DNA of 60,551 bases, the filler included, from Basidioascus undulatus (lineage: Eukaryota): NCBI GenBank assembly GCA_000826855.1. It is 8 parts of 8 records of this genome, joined end to end, with 100 filler letters (N's around TTAATTAATTAA, not from the genome) between each part and the next. Parts side by side here need not be neighbours in the genome. Positions count along the whole stretch, not along the records: positions 45,502 to 52,977 come from JTLS01001547.1; positions 53,078 to 60,551 come from JTLS01001548.1; 6 more parts are not named here. One strand, written 5' to 3'. The first letter of the stretch is position 1. Each line of letters starts with the position of its first letter. The position numbers and the translations under genes are program-made. This document shows positions 51,100-60,551 of the stretch, one piece after another. The notes beneath the pieces are model-generated. The model made no database searches, was not told the origin of the DNA, and worked only from the letters and a program-made list of their open reading frames with translations.

Positions 51100-51911
51100 A
51101 CCCTGTCCCACCCCTCGACCCTCATATTCTGCTACAACTGCACGAAGCACCAGCCGGCGGACGGTCCGAAACACCGGAAGTGCGGAAGGTGCAAGCTCGG
51201 TGAGTAGGGGCCTTCATGTGCTTCTCACTCTACATGTTTACTGAAGTCTTCCGTCGTCTCATCAGCGTGGTATTGCTCCAAGCAATGCCAAAGGGCGGAC
51301 TGGCCGTTGCACAAGGTCGGCTGTGCGCAGAATGCATCAGTCCGGGAGGCCAAGCCCTAGGTAGTTCTCCTCATAGACGTCAAGCCTGGGACTCTAGGCA
51401 GGATAGCCCTTTCGGTATAGCCCTCGGCGGCACCCTGTGGCTCGGCGAGGACCCCATCAACCGCCTGAGACATGTACTCTGCATCGAACTTCTCCCCACC
51501 TCCTTCAATCCGAGCTTCGACTCGAGCGGTACAACCCATACCTATGGAGGAGGCAGAGGCGATAATGCGGGCAGGGGGCGTGGAGAACTGGTCGAAAAGA
51601 AAGCATGCTGCAGTCCCGCTCGACTGACCTTGACAAATGCCGGCGCCAGGCTGACACTTGGGGAATCACGACAGAGGAGGCGCTGGAGGGCGATGGAGAA
51701 AATATTCTCATCCTTCCGTGACCTGCGGGGCCAGCCCGAGCAACAACAGTACGTGCAAGGACCGGAACAGTGGTCCGCATTCATGTGGGCAATAGTTTCT
51801 GCAAGCCTGTCTGAGCTTCTCAACAGTGCGCGAATGCCTGTCTACCAGATGAGCACCTGTTCGCGATCACACGTAGGTTTCTTCCAGTATGGAACGCCTC
51901 CTTGCCTGTAA
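51100..51911 (+). pseudogene. MYND-type zinc-finger gene, probably disrupted
   Basis: CYNC...KCGRCKL|AWYCSKQCQRADWPLHKVGC is followed by an in-frame TAG at 51358-51360. Protein-like sequence continues in another frame to 51911. Confidence 0.7.
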
Positions 51912-52977
51912 GGGGAACCTATTCCTCATTTATGCAAGCGAAGGTGCAGCGAGTTCTCTCGTTGTACTGGGCTGCGTGCATAGGAGAGACAACAACAGTA
52001 AATGCATAACCACTAGCATTCTTTCCTGTTTTCCACAGCACGAGAGCCTAATTAACGACTTCCCCACTCTGCCCTATCCTCGCTTCTTCGGTGCGTCCCC
52101 CTTACCTACGGTTAAGAAGGTTCGATAACTACAAACGACAATGCCGGTGACAAGTTTGATGTGCGGTTGAATTGGCCTGGTATGGTTCATCGCCATGTCT
52201 TTGTCTTTCTTTTCAAAGTTCTTCTTGGTGCAGGTGTGTCTGCCCTCAGAACGCAACAGCTGAAGGGTCTGTGCTCGACAAGGCGACCCCAATGATGGGA
52301 CAGAGTTCTACTGGGATCTAGTTCATATCGATTGAGACTTGTCCTGTGCCTGACCCGAGAATCCGCCTTTGGCGCTGTGTGCTCTGAAATGTGCAGTATC
52401 GAGACTGACAGTACCATCAACCTAGTGTTCCGAATGTCCCAGCGCGCCCAGCACTTCGCATGGCACAACAGTGCTGGAGCAGGTGACATTGCTTTGGAGA
52501 AACAGTGATGGGTTTTGCAGCGCTCATGGAGCAGATAGGCTCACATTGATATCAGGGCACATGACATACATGACTCCTCTCGATGGTAGTGCATTGAATG
52601 AAACGTGAAGCAAGCGCAAAACACTGCACAGGACTGCAAAGGCGCTGGCTGCCTGCTTGCCGCCCGGCTGCCGCATGTCCTATCTGCTGGCGGAGTCTCT
52701 CGGCCATGCGCACTTCCATTCTGCTTGAACTTATGTCGTCTTTGCTTACTTGCAGAACTCCTGCTCAAGAAGCATGCTCAGCATTCATGCGACTACTTGC
52801 GCTTCCTTCAGCTTCGGCCCAAGATTGTTCCCACACTGGGCGCGCGTCACCAGGTCGGTCATGCACTGTCAGGACTGGGCTGGGCACAGACCGCAGCGGG
52901 GACTACCAGCAGGGTTGGTGACAAGATGCAGGATGTATGGCGAGGAATAGATGACAAGGCTAAGAGGAGGGCAAGAG

Positions 52978-53077
52978 NNNNNNNNNNNNNNNNNNNNNNN
53001 NNNNNNNNNNNNNNNNNNNNNTTAATTAATTAANNNNNNNNNNNNNNNNNNNNNNNNNNNNNNNNNNNNNNNNNNNN
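52978..53077. other. Artificial contig spacer
   Basis: N-run with TTAATTAATTAA. Confidence 0.99.
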
Positions 53078-55257
53078 TTCCCATAAGCTCTTCCAAGTTG
53101 AACGACGAAGGCGATATCAGTTCCGGCCTCCTTGTGAGCGTCAATGTTGTACTTGCGCTCCTCCACGGCCCGCCTGCGGGGGTGCTGCCCGGAGTTCTGC
53201 AACCCGTGCGTCCACTACCCTCCATCCAAAAGCTCCTCCTTCGCCTCGCTTACACTCTTCCATCGCAGGTCCGCCACCCTTATCGACCTCACCGCGATCC
53301 TCGTTGTCCTGTAGCAGTCCGGAACGCCATGGGCGAGTGGTGCGACCGGATCTGAGTTCTCATCTGGGTTCTCTCCCCCTTCCCCATTCTTTTAGAACAA
53401 GGTTAATTTGGTGAACAATGGGGCAAACACAGCATCGGCATCCAGCTCGACGTCCGCGTCCTATCGAGATTCTCAACGCAATCTTCACTGAGGGGCCGGA
53501 CGGGGTGTGCCGCGACGCACGAGTCTCTCCATTCCCTCTCCTCTTCCCTCCGCCCCCAAGACATTTAATTTACCCACGACTCTTTGATTCAGGTCCGGAA
53601 ATGTCCCCGTCCTCACCGAGGCGGCGCTGGCGGTCCTCCTCGGCCCCACTACTTCCACCACCCCCGTCGAGACGGACTAGAGCGTCTTGTCGCACACTGT
53701 CCACGATTCTCTTAGATTTTCCATGATCACTTTCAGGATACACCAGGATTCAGTTTGTATCGATACCCCCTTACATACCGCTGTATTCTACAATCCACAC
53801 TGCCTCTCGGTGGGCAATGTACAGTGCATTCTCCTCTTCTCGTCTTGGTCTTTAATTTATCCTGGCAGCAAGATACCCATATACCCAATGGGTCCTGATT
53901 TTCATAAATCACGCGCTGCCCTGCCCTGCCATACTGCCCCGTCTGCGCTCGTCCGAGGTTTCCCTGCCCGTGGGCAGCGCGACCGCTTGCCATGTCCCTT
54001 CAGTCCTAACCAGCCAGCAGACTCGTATCAATCAGCTTTTCCGAACGTATCTGCCCACAATCCTCAGGTCCCAAGACGTCTGCCTTCTACCGTTGCGACT
54101 GCTGAGAGCGGCAGCACTGTATCCTCTTGCATCAAGCAATACGAAGCAATGCGGCTCTCAGGTCTAGCTTTCTGTTCGGTCGGCTTGAACAGATTGGCTC
54201 ACGTTGAGGGAATCCCAGAGATTTTTGATCGGACATGAACAAGAAAGCAGTGTCGACCAGGCGACTTGTGCGCGGCAGGCGAGTCGGAGTGGAAGCATGC
54301 ACCCCATCCCGGCGACGCCGCGACGTCCCACTCTTCAACTTGAAACCGCTGATACCTATCCCAGGACGAGCACAGCAAGATAGGACAAGGTGAAAGTGAG
54401 CAGAAACAATGAGCTGGGCAAGCGCTATTGGACAGCAGACCGAGCGCCGGCTCGACTCCCACCCTGCCGCATCCACCCAGCTGATAGTATATCGTGAATT
54501 GAAGATGCGATGCATCGAGCGCCTTGCAGATTGAAACAACATCGTCAGGGGTTCCTGGGCGCATTGTCATCGCGCTCCAAAACTCTCAAAGAACCTGCGA
54601 TATGCATTTGCATGACAACCACGCCATAACAGAACGAAAACAAAGCAAGACAAGACGACGCGAATCAGGGCGGGATAGCTACATGCGACATGCGACATGC
54701 GGAACGTGAAACAGGCGATAAGGGTATTAGGGTACGTTAGGGAGCAGGAGAAGTATCTGCTGTGCGATGGCGAGGGTGCTATCAGGCGATCGGGGGAAAA
54801 ACGAAGGGGAAGGGGGTATAGTTGCTGTGCGGGCACGAGACGCGGACGGGAGCGGCGGAGGAACACGAAGAAAGGGTAGAGCGCGCGAGAGAAAACGGGT
54901 GAGATGTGTATGGGCGATGTCTCTGGGGAATGAAACAGGGGAGGAGGTGGAAGAGACGCGAGAGAGAGCGAAAGAAGACAGAAGAGAAGAAGAATAGAAG
55001 GGTCTTGAAACGTCCAGCGTGTGCGTGTAAGGTGAAACTGGATGAAAAGGGAGGTCAGCGTCAAGCGCACGCGGCGAGGAAGACGTAATAGTAAAAGTCG
55101 AGCAACGCACCTTCGCATCCAAATCAAGTCCGCCCACCCCCATACCTCCCCCTCAGCTCCCCCACCAGTGCCCCCCAAGCCATCTCCATCGCCCTCCACA
55201 CGCCCTCATCCACGCATCCCATCGCAACGACATTCCCCCACAGCGCATGCACGCGCT

Positions 55258-56900
55258 TCAAGCGATCCACGATTTCCTGCGCCGCGAGTTCCCCGGGCGG
55301 GCGGGTGTCGGCGGCGGACGGGTGGAGGAGCGCCTTGAGGAGCGGGGCGGGCGAGGGCGCGTGGAGGGCCATGTGTGGAGGGTCGAGGCGGGCTGGAGGG
55401 TCGAGGAGATGATCTCGACTTCTTGGGTGAAGGAGAGCTGCGGGGAGAGGTGGCGTGAGTTCCTCGCGGTTTGAAGAAGGAAGGAAGAAGAGAGGAGGCG
55501 GGAACGCGGAAGGACGAAGACAGCTTCTCCCTCGTCGAGGATGGGACTCGGAACGAGAAGAGAACGTGGAATGGGGGAGAACGCACCTTCAGCGCCTTAG
55601 CCAACACCTTGCCCAGCTCACTCTTGGACATGCCCCCCTGGCGGGAGCGCTTGCTCTTCCCCCCCGCGCCCGGGTCGCCCCCCGGGATCGCGACGCCGGG
55701 CGAGACGGTCGTGCCGAGGACTTCGGCGCGCCACCACCTGCTCGGATCCCCATCTGGATCAGTATCTCCGCCTGGAAGAAGCAAGGCTGGCGGACGTGAG
55801 AGCGTGAGGAGCAACAACGCACCGACCGACGGCCCCCTCCGAGTGGTGCACCCCCGCCACCGCGTCCGGATCCGCAAACACCCAGCTCGCGGGGTCCTTC
55901 GGGAGCCCGGAGACGAGGTACAGACTCGCGAGCGGGCTGGGGGGCGTGCCGATGCTCGCGCTCGCGCTCACGCTCGCGGTCGGGGGCGGGGGCGGGCCGG
56001 TGATTGTGCCCGAGCGAGTGCGGCCCTCAGCCGCAGGTGCAACAGAGGCAGGCTTGTGGAACTTCGCGGAGGCGGAGGAGGTGGTTCGCGGGCGGGTGGT
56101 AGTTGAGGCAGGAGGGGAAGAGAAGGTGGGAGCGTCGGGGAGCCGAACCGTCGCTGGGGGAGTGGGGGGGAGTTCGGTAGCAGTCGTACGCTTTGTTTCG
56201 ATCTCGCCAGCAGCGATCGCGTCCCACTCGTCCTCGACCGTCTTCTCCTTCTCCCTCTTCCTGCCGGGGGCGCGCGCCGGTCTAGGCGGGGGGATAGAGG
56301 AGCTATCGCTCGCGTCCCCGGAGTGCTCGGAGGAGGCGGTGCGCGGGCGGTGGGTTGCGGGGGGAGAGAGGAGGTCGGATGAGGGGAGGATGCAGGGTGA
56401 GGGGGCGGAGATGCTCGCGGGGGTTATGGGCGCGCGGGAGGAGTGTGAGGAGTGGGAGGAGGGCGGACGGCGGCGGCCCCAGGTTCTGGGTGGGCGGAGC
56501 GGATGAGGGGATGGGGAGGGGAGTGAGTAGTTGTGCGCGCGGCGGTGGGTGGGACGTAGCCGTCTGGGGGAGGAGGGAGGATGGGCATCGCTCTACGCAG
56601 AGCAGAGGATGGTGGGGCGATGTCCAAGCCCCAACCAAGCCAGACCAACTTCCTTGCGCACGATCGGGTGCAGTCCGCCCATATTCCCATCCCTTCGCTC
56701 CTCCGCCCCTGCTCACAGCGTGCGACTCACCTCGGCCTCAACCACGCCTTATCATCCACGTCCTTCCGTCCTTTCGCGCGCTCATCGTCGCTCACGCTCC
56801 ACCGGCTCTCCTCGCCCTCAAGCGCTCGGTCCCTGTACGATACTGGCGCAGCGCCTCCCACACCTGCTGCCGAAGCGGAGGAGTTGTTGAAGAGGCCCAT
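55258..56900 (-). pseudogene. 5' part of a basidiomycete DENN-domain-type gene, abruptly truncated
   Basis: Clean spliced frame from ATG 56900: PLASLYLVSGLPK...AVGR|WWRAEVLGTTVSPG...GKVLAKALK|LSFTQEVEIISSTLQPASTLHT, then unrelated sequence and TGA at 55258-55260. The DENN assignment is from recall of similar fungal proteins. Confidence 0.55.
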
Positions 56901-57446
56901 TGCGCGGCCTCAGGGAGGATTGGGTTAGAGGATGGAGGAGGATGTGGATGCGGGAGATGAGGGGGGAGTCGGAGGTGAAGGACGGGAGGAATGAGGAGGG
57001 AGCCCTATTGGATTGGCATTTGGACCCATGCGCGGGAGGACGGGGCGACGAGGCCTGAGCGTTGCCGTCGCGCCGATGAGGAGGAGCGGGCGTAGAGCGC
57101 GGAGCGCGGGGGAGCGGAAAGGCAAACCAAGGCAAACGCGCCCGCGTTTTAACTGGCCAGGAACACACTCTCGTCGCATTCTATGAACTTTGAGCTTCAT
57201 CAAGTCCTCAAGAGAGCTGAAGGGAGGAAGGTAGGAGCAAGACCTGCAAAATGAAAGCAAAGGAACCGGGAACACGGGGGAAGTGTCGGGGGTCACAGAC
57301 ATGGTGCGACGCGTCCGCTGTCGTCCCACAGCCCGGTCGTTAGTGTGCAGTGCTGTGGTGAAGCACCAAAGACAGGCTTACTGTACCCTATGAACAATCG
57401 CAACGTCGCGGTCATACTCAACTTGCCGGACCCTGGTAAATTGCCA

Positions 57447-57507
57447 ATGTCACGTGACATAAACACAGTAATTTACTATCGTCACGTGATTTTTGTCTCA
57501 CGTGACG
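57447..57507. promoter_or_regulatory. Cluster of three TCACGTGA palindromic E-boxes
   Basis: ATGTCACGTGACAT at 57447-57460, GTCACGTGAT at 57481-57490 and TCACGTGAC at 57498-57506. Confidence 0.55.
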
Positions 57508-57631
57508 GTTGCCTTTCATCATGAGTTACAGCATGTAGACTTCATGTCCAGACTTCCCATGAGGTGGGAGCTCTCGCTTTTGTAGCGCTTGAGGGCGCAG
57601 AGAGTCGGAGAAGAAAGAAGCACTTGCAAAG

Positions 57632-57714
57632 GGTACGCCACAGGGTCGAACCTGCGACTTTGGAGTACCCCATGAATAGTAGTTCAACAATCTAACCAAC
57701 AGAGTTAAGTGGCC
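57632..57714 (-). pseudogene. Degenerate tRNA-like sequence (tRNA pseudogene or tRNA-derived SINE head)
   Basis: The minus strand reads GGCCACTTAACTCTGTTGGTTAGA...GTCGCAGGTTCGACCCTGT, with A-box and B-box/T-arm motifs. The T-loop is only 6 nt and the acceptor stem pairs poorly. Confidence 0.55.
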
Positions 57715-59244
57715 ATACTATTTTTGCAACTTATTTATCGCTAGACCCATTTCTGCAATCTCTCACCTCACCAATACATACCTTGATTTCCCATCTTCCC
57801 TCTCCCGCTGTGGAGGACCCAATCGATTTCCCAACTTTGTTTTTGAACGCACTGGATAAATCCCTGACATTAGCAGGAACATGCGGACAGTGAACGGAAC
57901 TGCCCACATAGGGGCGTTAGCCCTCCCTGCAGACAGAGCATGCTCATGCAGAATTACAGACCTAGCATGAGAACTTTCATGTCCCGTATTTTCCAGGGAA
58001 ATCTACTGATCCCCATCATGTGAGAGAAGGTGTGTTGGCTGGGGGAGGCCCCCCCTTCTTTTCAGCTTACTTCGAAGTCGGACAATGCATACCGAGAAGG
58101 GAGCAGACGAACGTCTTCCGCCACTCAATGCTGGGAACACGCCCGGTGGGCAGGGGCGAGGGCGGGCCAAAGGACCCGGCCAACGACCCGACTCTGGGCG
58201 CAAGAAGGGCGTTGCGAGAAAGGGGAGCGTGACCGGCGGCGGATGAAAGCGAGCCAGACCCAGTAGGAAAGACGCAGTCATTGGTGAGAGGACGCCGCTG
58301 GGAACGCGAACCGAACCCCTTGGGTGGGAGTGGAGGGTCAAGACTGCGTCAGGGCCGCCGCCCAACATTTCCGCGCGCTAATGCGCGCCAACGGTGCGCG
58401 TTGCGGGTTGATATACGGCGCGAGGATGAGCTCGTACGAGCTCACGGGTTTACAACTTCCACGCCAATGAGGTCCAGCTGCCGAGCAGCATGACCTTCTG
58501 CTCCGGCACGCCCTTGAGGAGGTGCTGGGTCGTGTCGCCAATCTGAAAGGAGTGGCCTGAGACGCGGGGAAGCCCGTCGCCGACCACACCGCCTCGCACC
58601 TCGCCATGAAGGTCAAGTGAGAGCTCTTTGAGGCGAGGTAAAGCAAGCTTGGTTCTTGCATCGCCCGCGTGCCGCAGGTTAGACATGAAGTTATCCGGCA
58701 TCTCATCAGCAACAAGCGTCGTCATGACACGTCCATTGTCGCGAACGCTAAGCATGCTCGACGTGTGCCTGTGAACTCTTTTCCCCCAGGGGAGGATTTT
58801 GGCCCCCTTGTCTCCTTGCATAGCAGCCTCGTTCCGCCGCCGCCGCGGAATCTCGCGAGCCTTGCGCGCCGACTCACTCGTCTCTCCTTCAAACTGCGTA
58901 GCGAACTTGTGTCAGAGCACTGCTGTTCCGGGCCTCCGAAAGAGAGGTCGTACAGTCTGGTCGATGTCTTCGAGCGTCTCGCCGGTAGTCTCCACGTCTT
59001 ATGTAGAAAGTCAGCACGTTCTCCCAAGAGAAACAAGAAGGCTCAGAGAAGAAATAGGTGATGGGGATGCAGGTGAAGTTGATGCAAGTCCATACCTGTC
59101 CGCACCGCCGTTCAGAGACTTCTCACAACGGCGGTCATAAGGTTGGACACATACGATGTAGGTCGGTGTCGGTCGCTACCGGTGTTACCATGACCTGTTG
59201 AGAAGTAGTCTCATGTAGTCGGTGTGCGGAAGGGGACACTCGTC

Positions 59245-59830
59245 GCGGACCACGAGGAACGTGAACAACCAATTTGTTGTCTGCCATGTACGTCAGGTCA
59301 TGTCAACACAGAGATAAAGGCAAAACCGCAGATCCTGAAGACGATGTAAAACGTTTATAAACCTACCGTTGCCAGTGCTGCGGCTTTTGTGCGTATTCGA
59401 AGAGGCGCAATCTCAGAGGGGTACAGCCATGATATGCCTAACCATCCCACACTAGCGAACCAGATGTCAGTCATTGCTGTTCTTTGAGAACCAGCACGAC
59501 TGACATAAAGAAGAAGTTGAAAGGCTGGTCTAACAAGGCTTGCGTGAGTGACATAGTCCGTCAACAAGATCAGGAGGCAAACACAGAAGACAGACTGCAG
59601 CGACAATGCCTCGGCCGTGTTCTCCTTGTCCTGCGTCATCGCAACGAGAATAGCCATGCCGACGCATTGCCCAACGGCTCCGAAGAGCATGAGCTTGCGA
59701 CGAGGAGTATCGGAACCAGACACGACAAGAAATATGCGACCCCGTTAAACCCGCTCCTGATAAAAGATAAGTCTGGACGTTCCGAAACTTTCCTGAAAGA
59801 TCACGGGATTGTAGTAGGTGATCTGAAAGA
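59245..59830 (-). pseudogene. MFS sugar-porter fragment (C-terminal half)
   Basis: ITYYNPVIFQES, RRKLMLFGAVGQ, VGWLGISWLYPSEIAPLRIRTKAAALAT|TTNWLFTFLVV. The N-terminal half was not found and the D-R-x-GRR loop is corrupted. Confidence 0.8.
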
Positions 59831-60551
59831 TGGAGAGGGAAACGGAAACGGATGGGTCAATTTGAACGTAACGGAAATGGGCGGCAGCGAAGCTTCTCTG
59901 AAAGAAAACTTGGGGTTGAAACCTTGAGGACACTTACCAGGTTAATCCCACTTGTTTGCTGCTTGAAATGTGTCCCGCACTGGGCAGGATGGATGCGCAC
60001 CTCAAGATGGACGGGCTCCTTCGCTTCTGCCGAACCAGAGGTCGGCGCTGGTCTCCCTGCACAAGGCTCACCATCTACAGGACATTCATCCGCCTCTCCT
60101 CGAGGCCCCATCGCACGGCTATGGGCAGGCAAGGTGCGAGAGCGCCAGCCCATGCTCTAGGACGCTCACAGGGTCTGGGTGGAAGCCGTGACATGGGTCA
60201 TTGCAGGCCGGCCACAGGAAGCCAAGATTGCAGCAGCAGTAACAGGGTGTCTTTCCCCCCGCCAGCGCCTGGAGCACTTTGCTCTGGGCATGTACGCGCA
60301 CTGTCTTGTACACGCTGCACCGGCTAACCCTATCCTTCGCTTGACGAGACACCAACCCCCCTTCCCAGACAAGCCAATCCGCCGACTCCTCGCACTGCCG
60401 CTTGCAAAAAAGGCACGCACGGCCCTCAGGCCCAAGGTCAGTGGTGACCCGCTTGCATTCAAGTCCCTTGTCCAGCTCTTCCTCTGTAGCCATCGCCGGC
60501 ACTGGCTCTCCACCGAGGCCAACATCGGCACACTCGGCTGCTACATTCGCC

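Noticed and set aside
58260..59200. Minus-strand fragments resembling a leucine-rich or F-box-associated protein (LALPRLKELSLDL)
   Set aside because: The fragments are too short and broken to support a call.

Overview
This window is fungal DNA, GC-rich and dense in short introns. GTGCGT/GTGCGC/GTCCGT donors and CTGAC/CTAAC branch sites suggest a basidiomycete, probably a Pucciniomycotina/Microbotryomycetes-like yeast (inference). It is not one locus: eight unrelated contigs (7498, 7487, 7481, 7480, 7478, 7477, 7476, 7474 bp, sorted by length) are joined by artificial 100-nt N/TTAATTAATTAA/N spacers, so adjacency across spacers means nothing. Recognisable genes after manual splicing are an ankyrin protein, a DUF3429 membrane protein, PIG-H/Gpi15, a mitochondrial class-1 release factor, NatB catalytic subunit, a GT31 glycosyltransferase, a CBM21 PP1 glycogen-targeting subunit, delta-COP, a Tbf1/telobox-like Myb protein, a beta-lactamase/LovD-family esterase, a PH-domain protein and an SDR. 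Damaged or truncated genes include an ANL adenylation enzyme, an MpaB-like oxygenase, a MYND finger, a sugar porter and a DENN-type gene. The most striking observation is that the otherwise intact release factor keeps its GGQ motif but has lost the PxT stop-codon recognition motif, with a loop about 4 residues shorter. Several catalytic motifs sit on 6-16 nt microexons. A degenerate tRNA-like element lies next to three TCACGTGA palindromes. Family assignments come from motif recall, not database searches.
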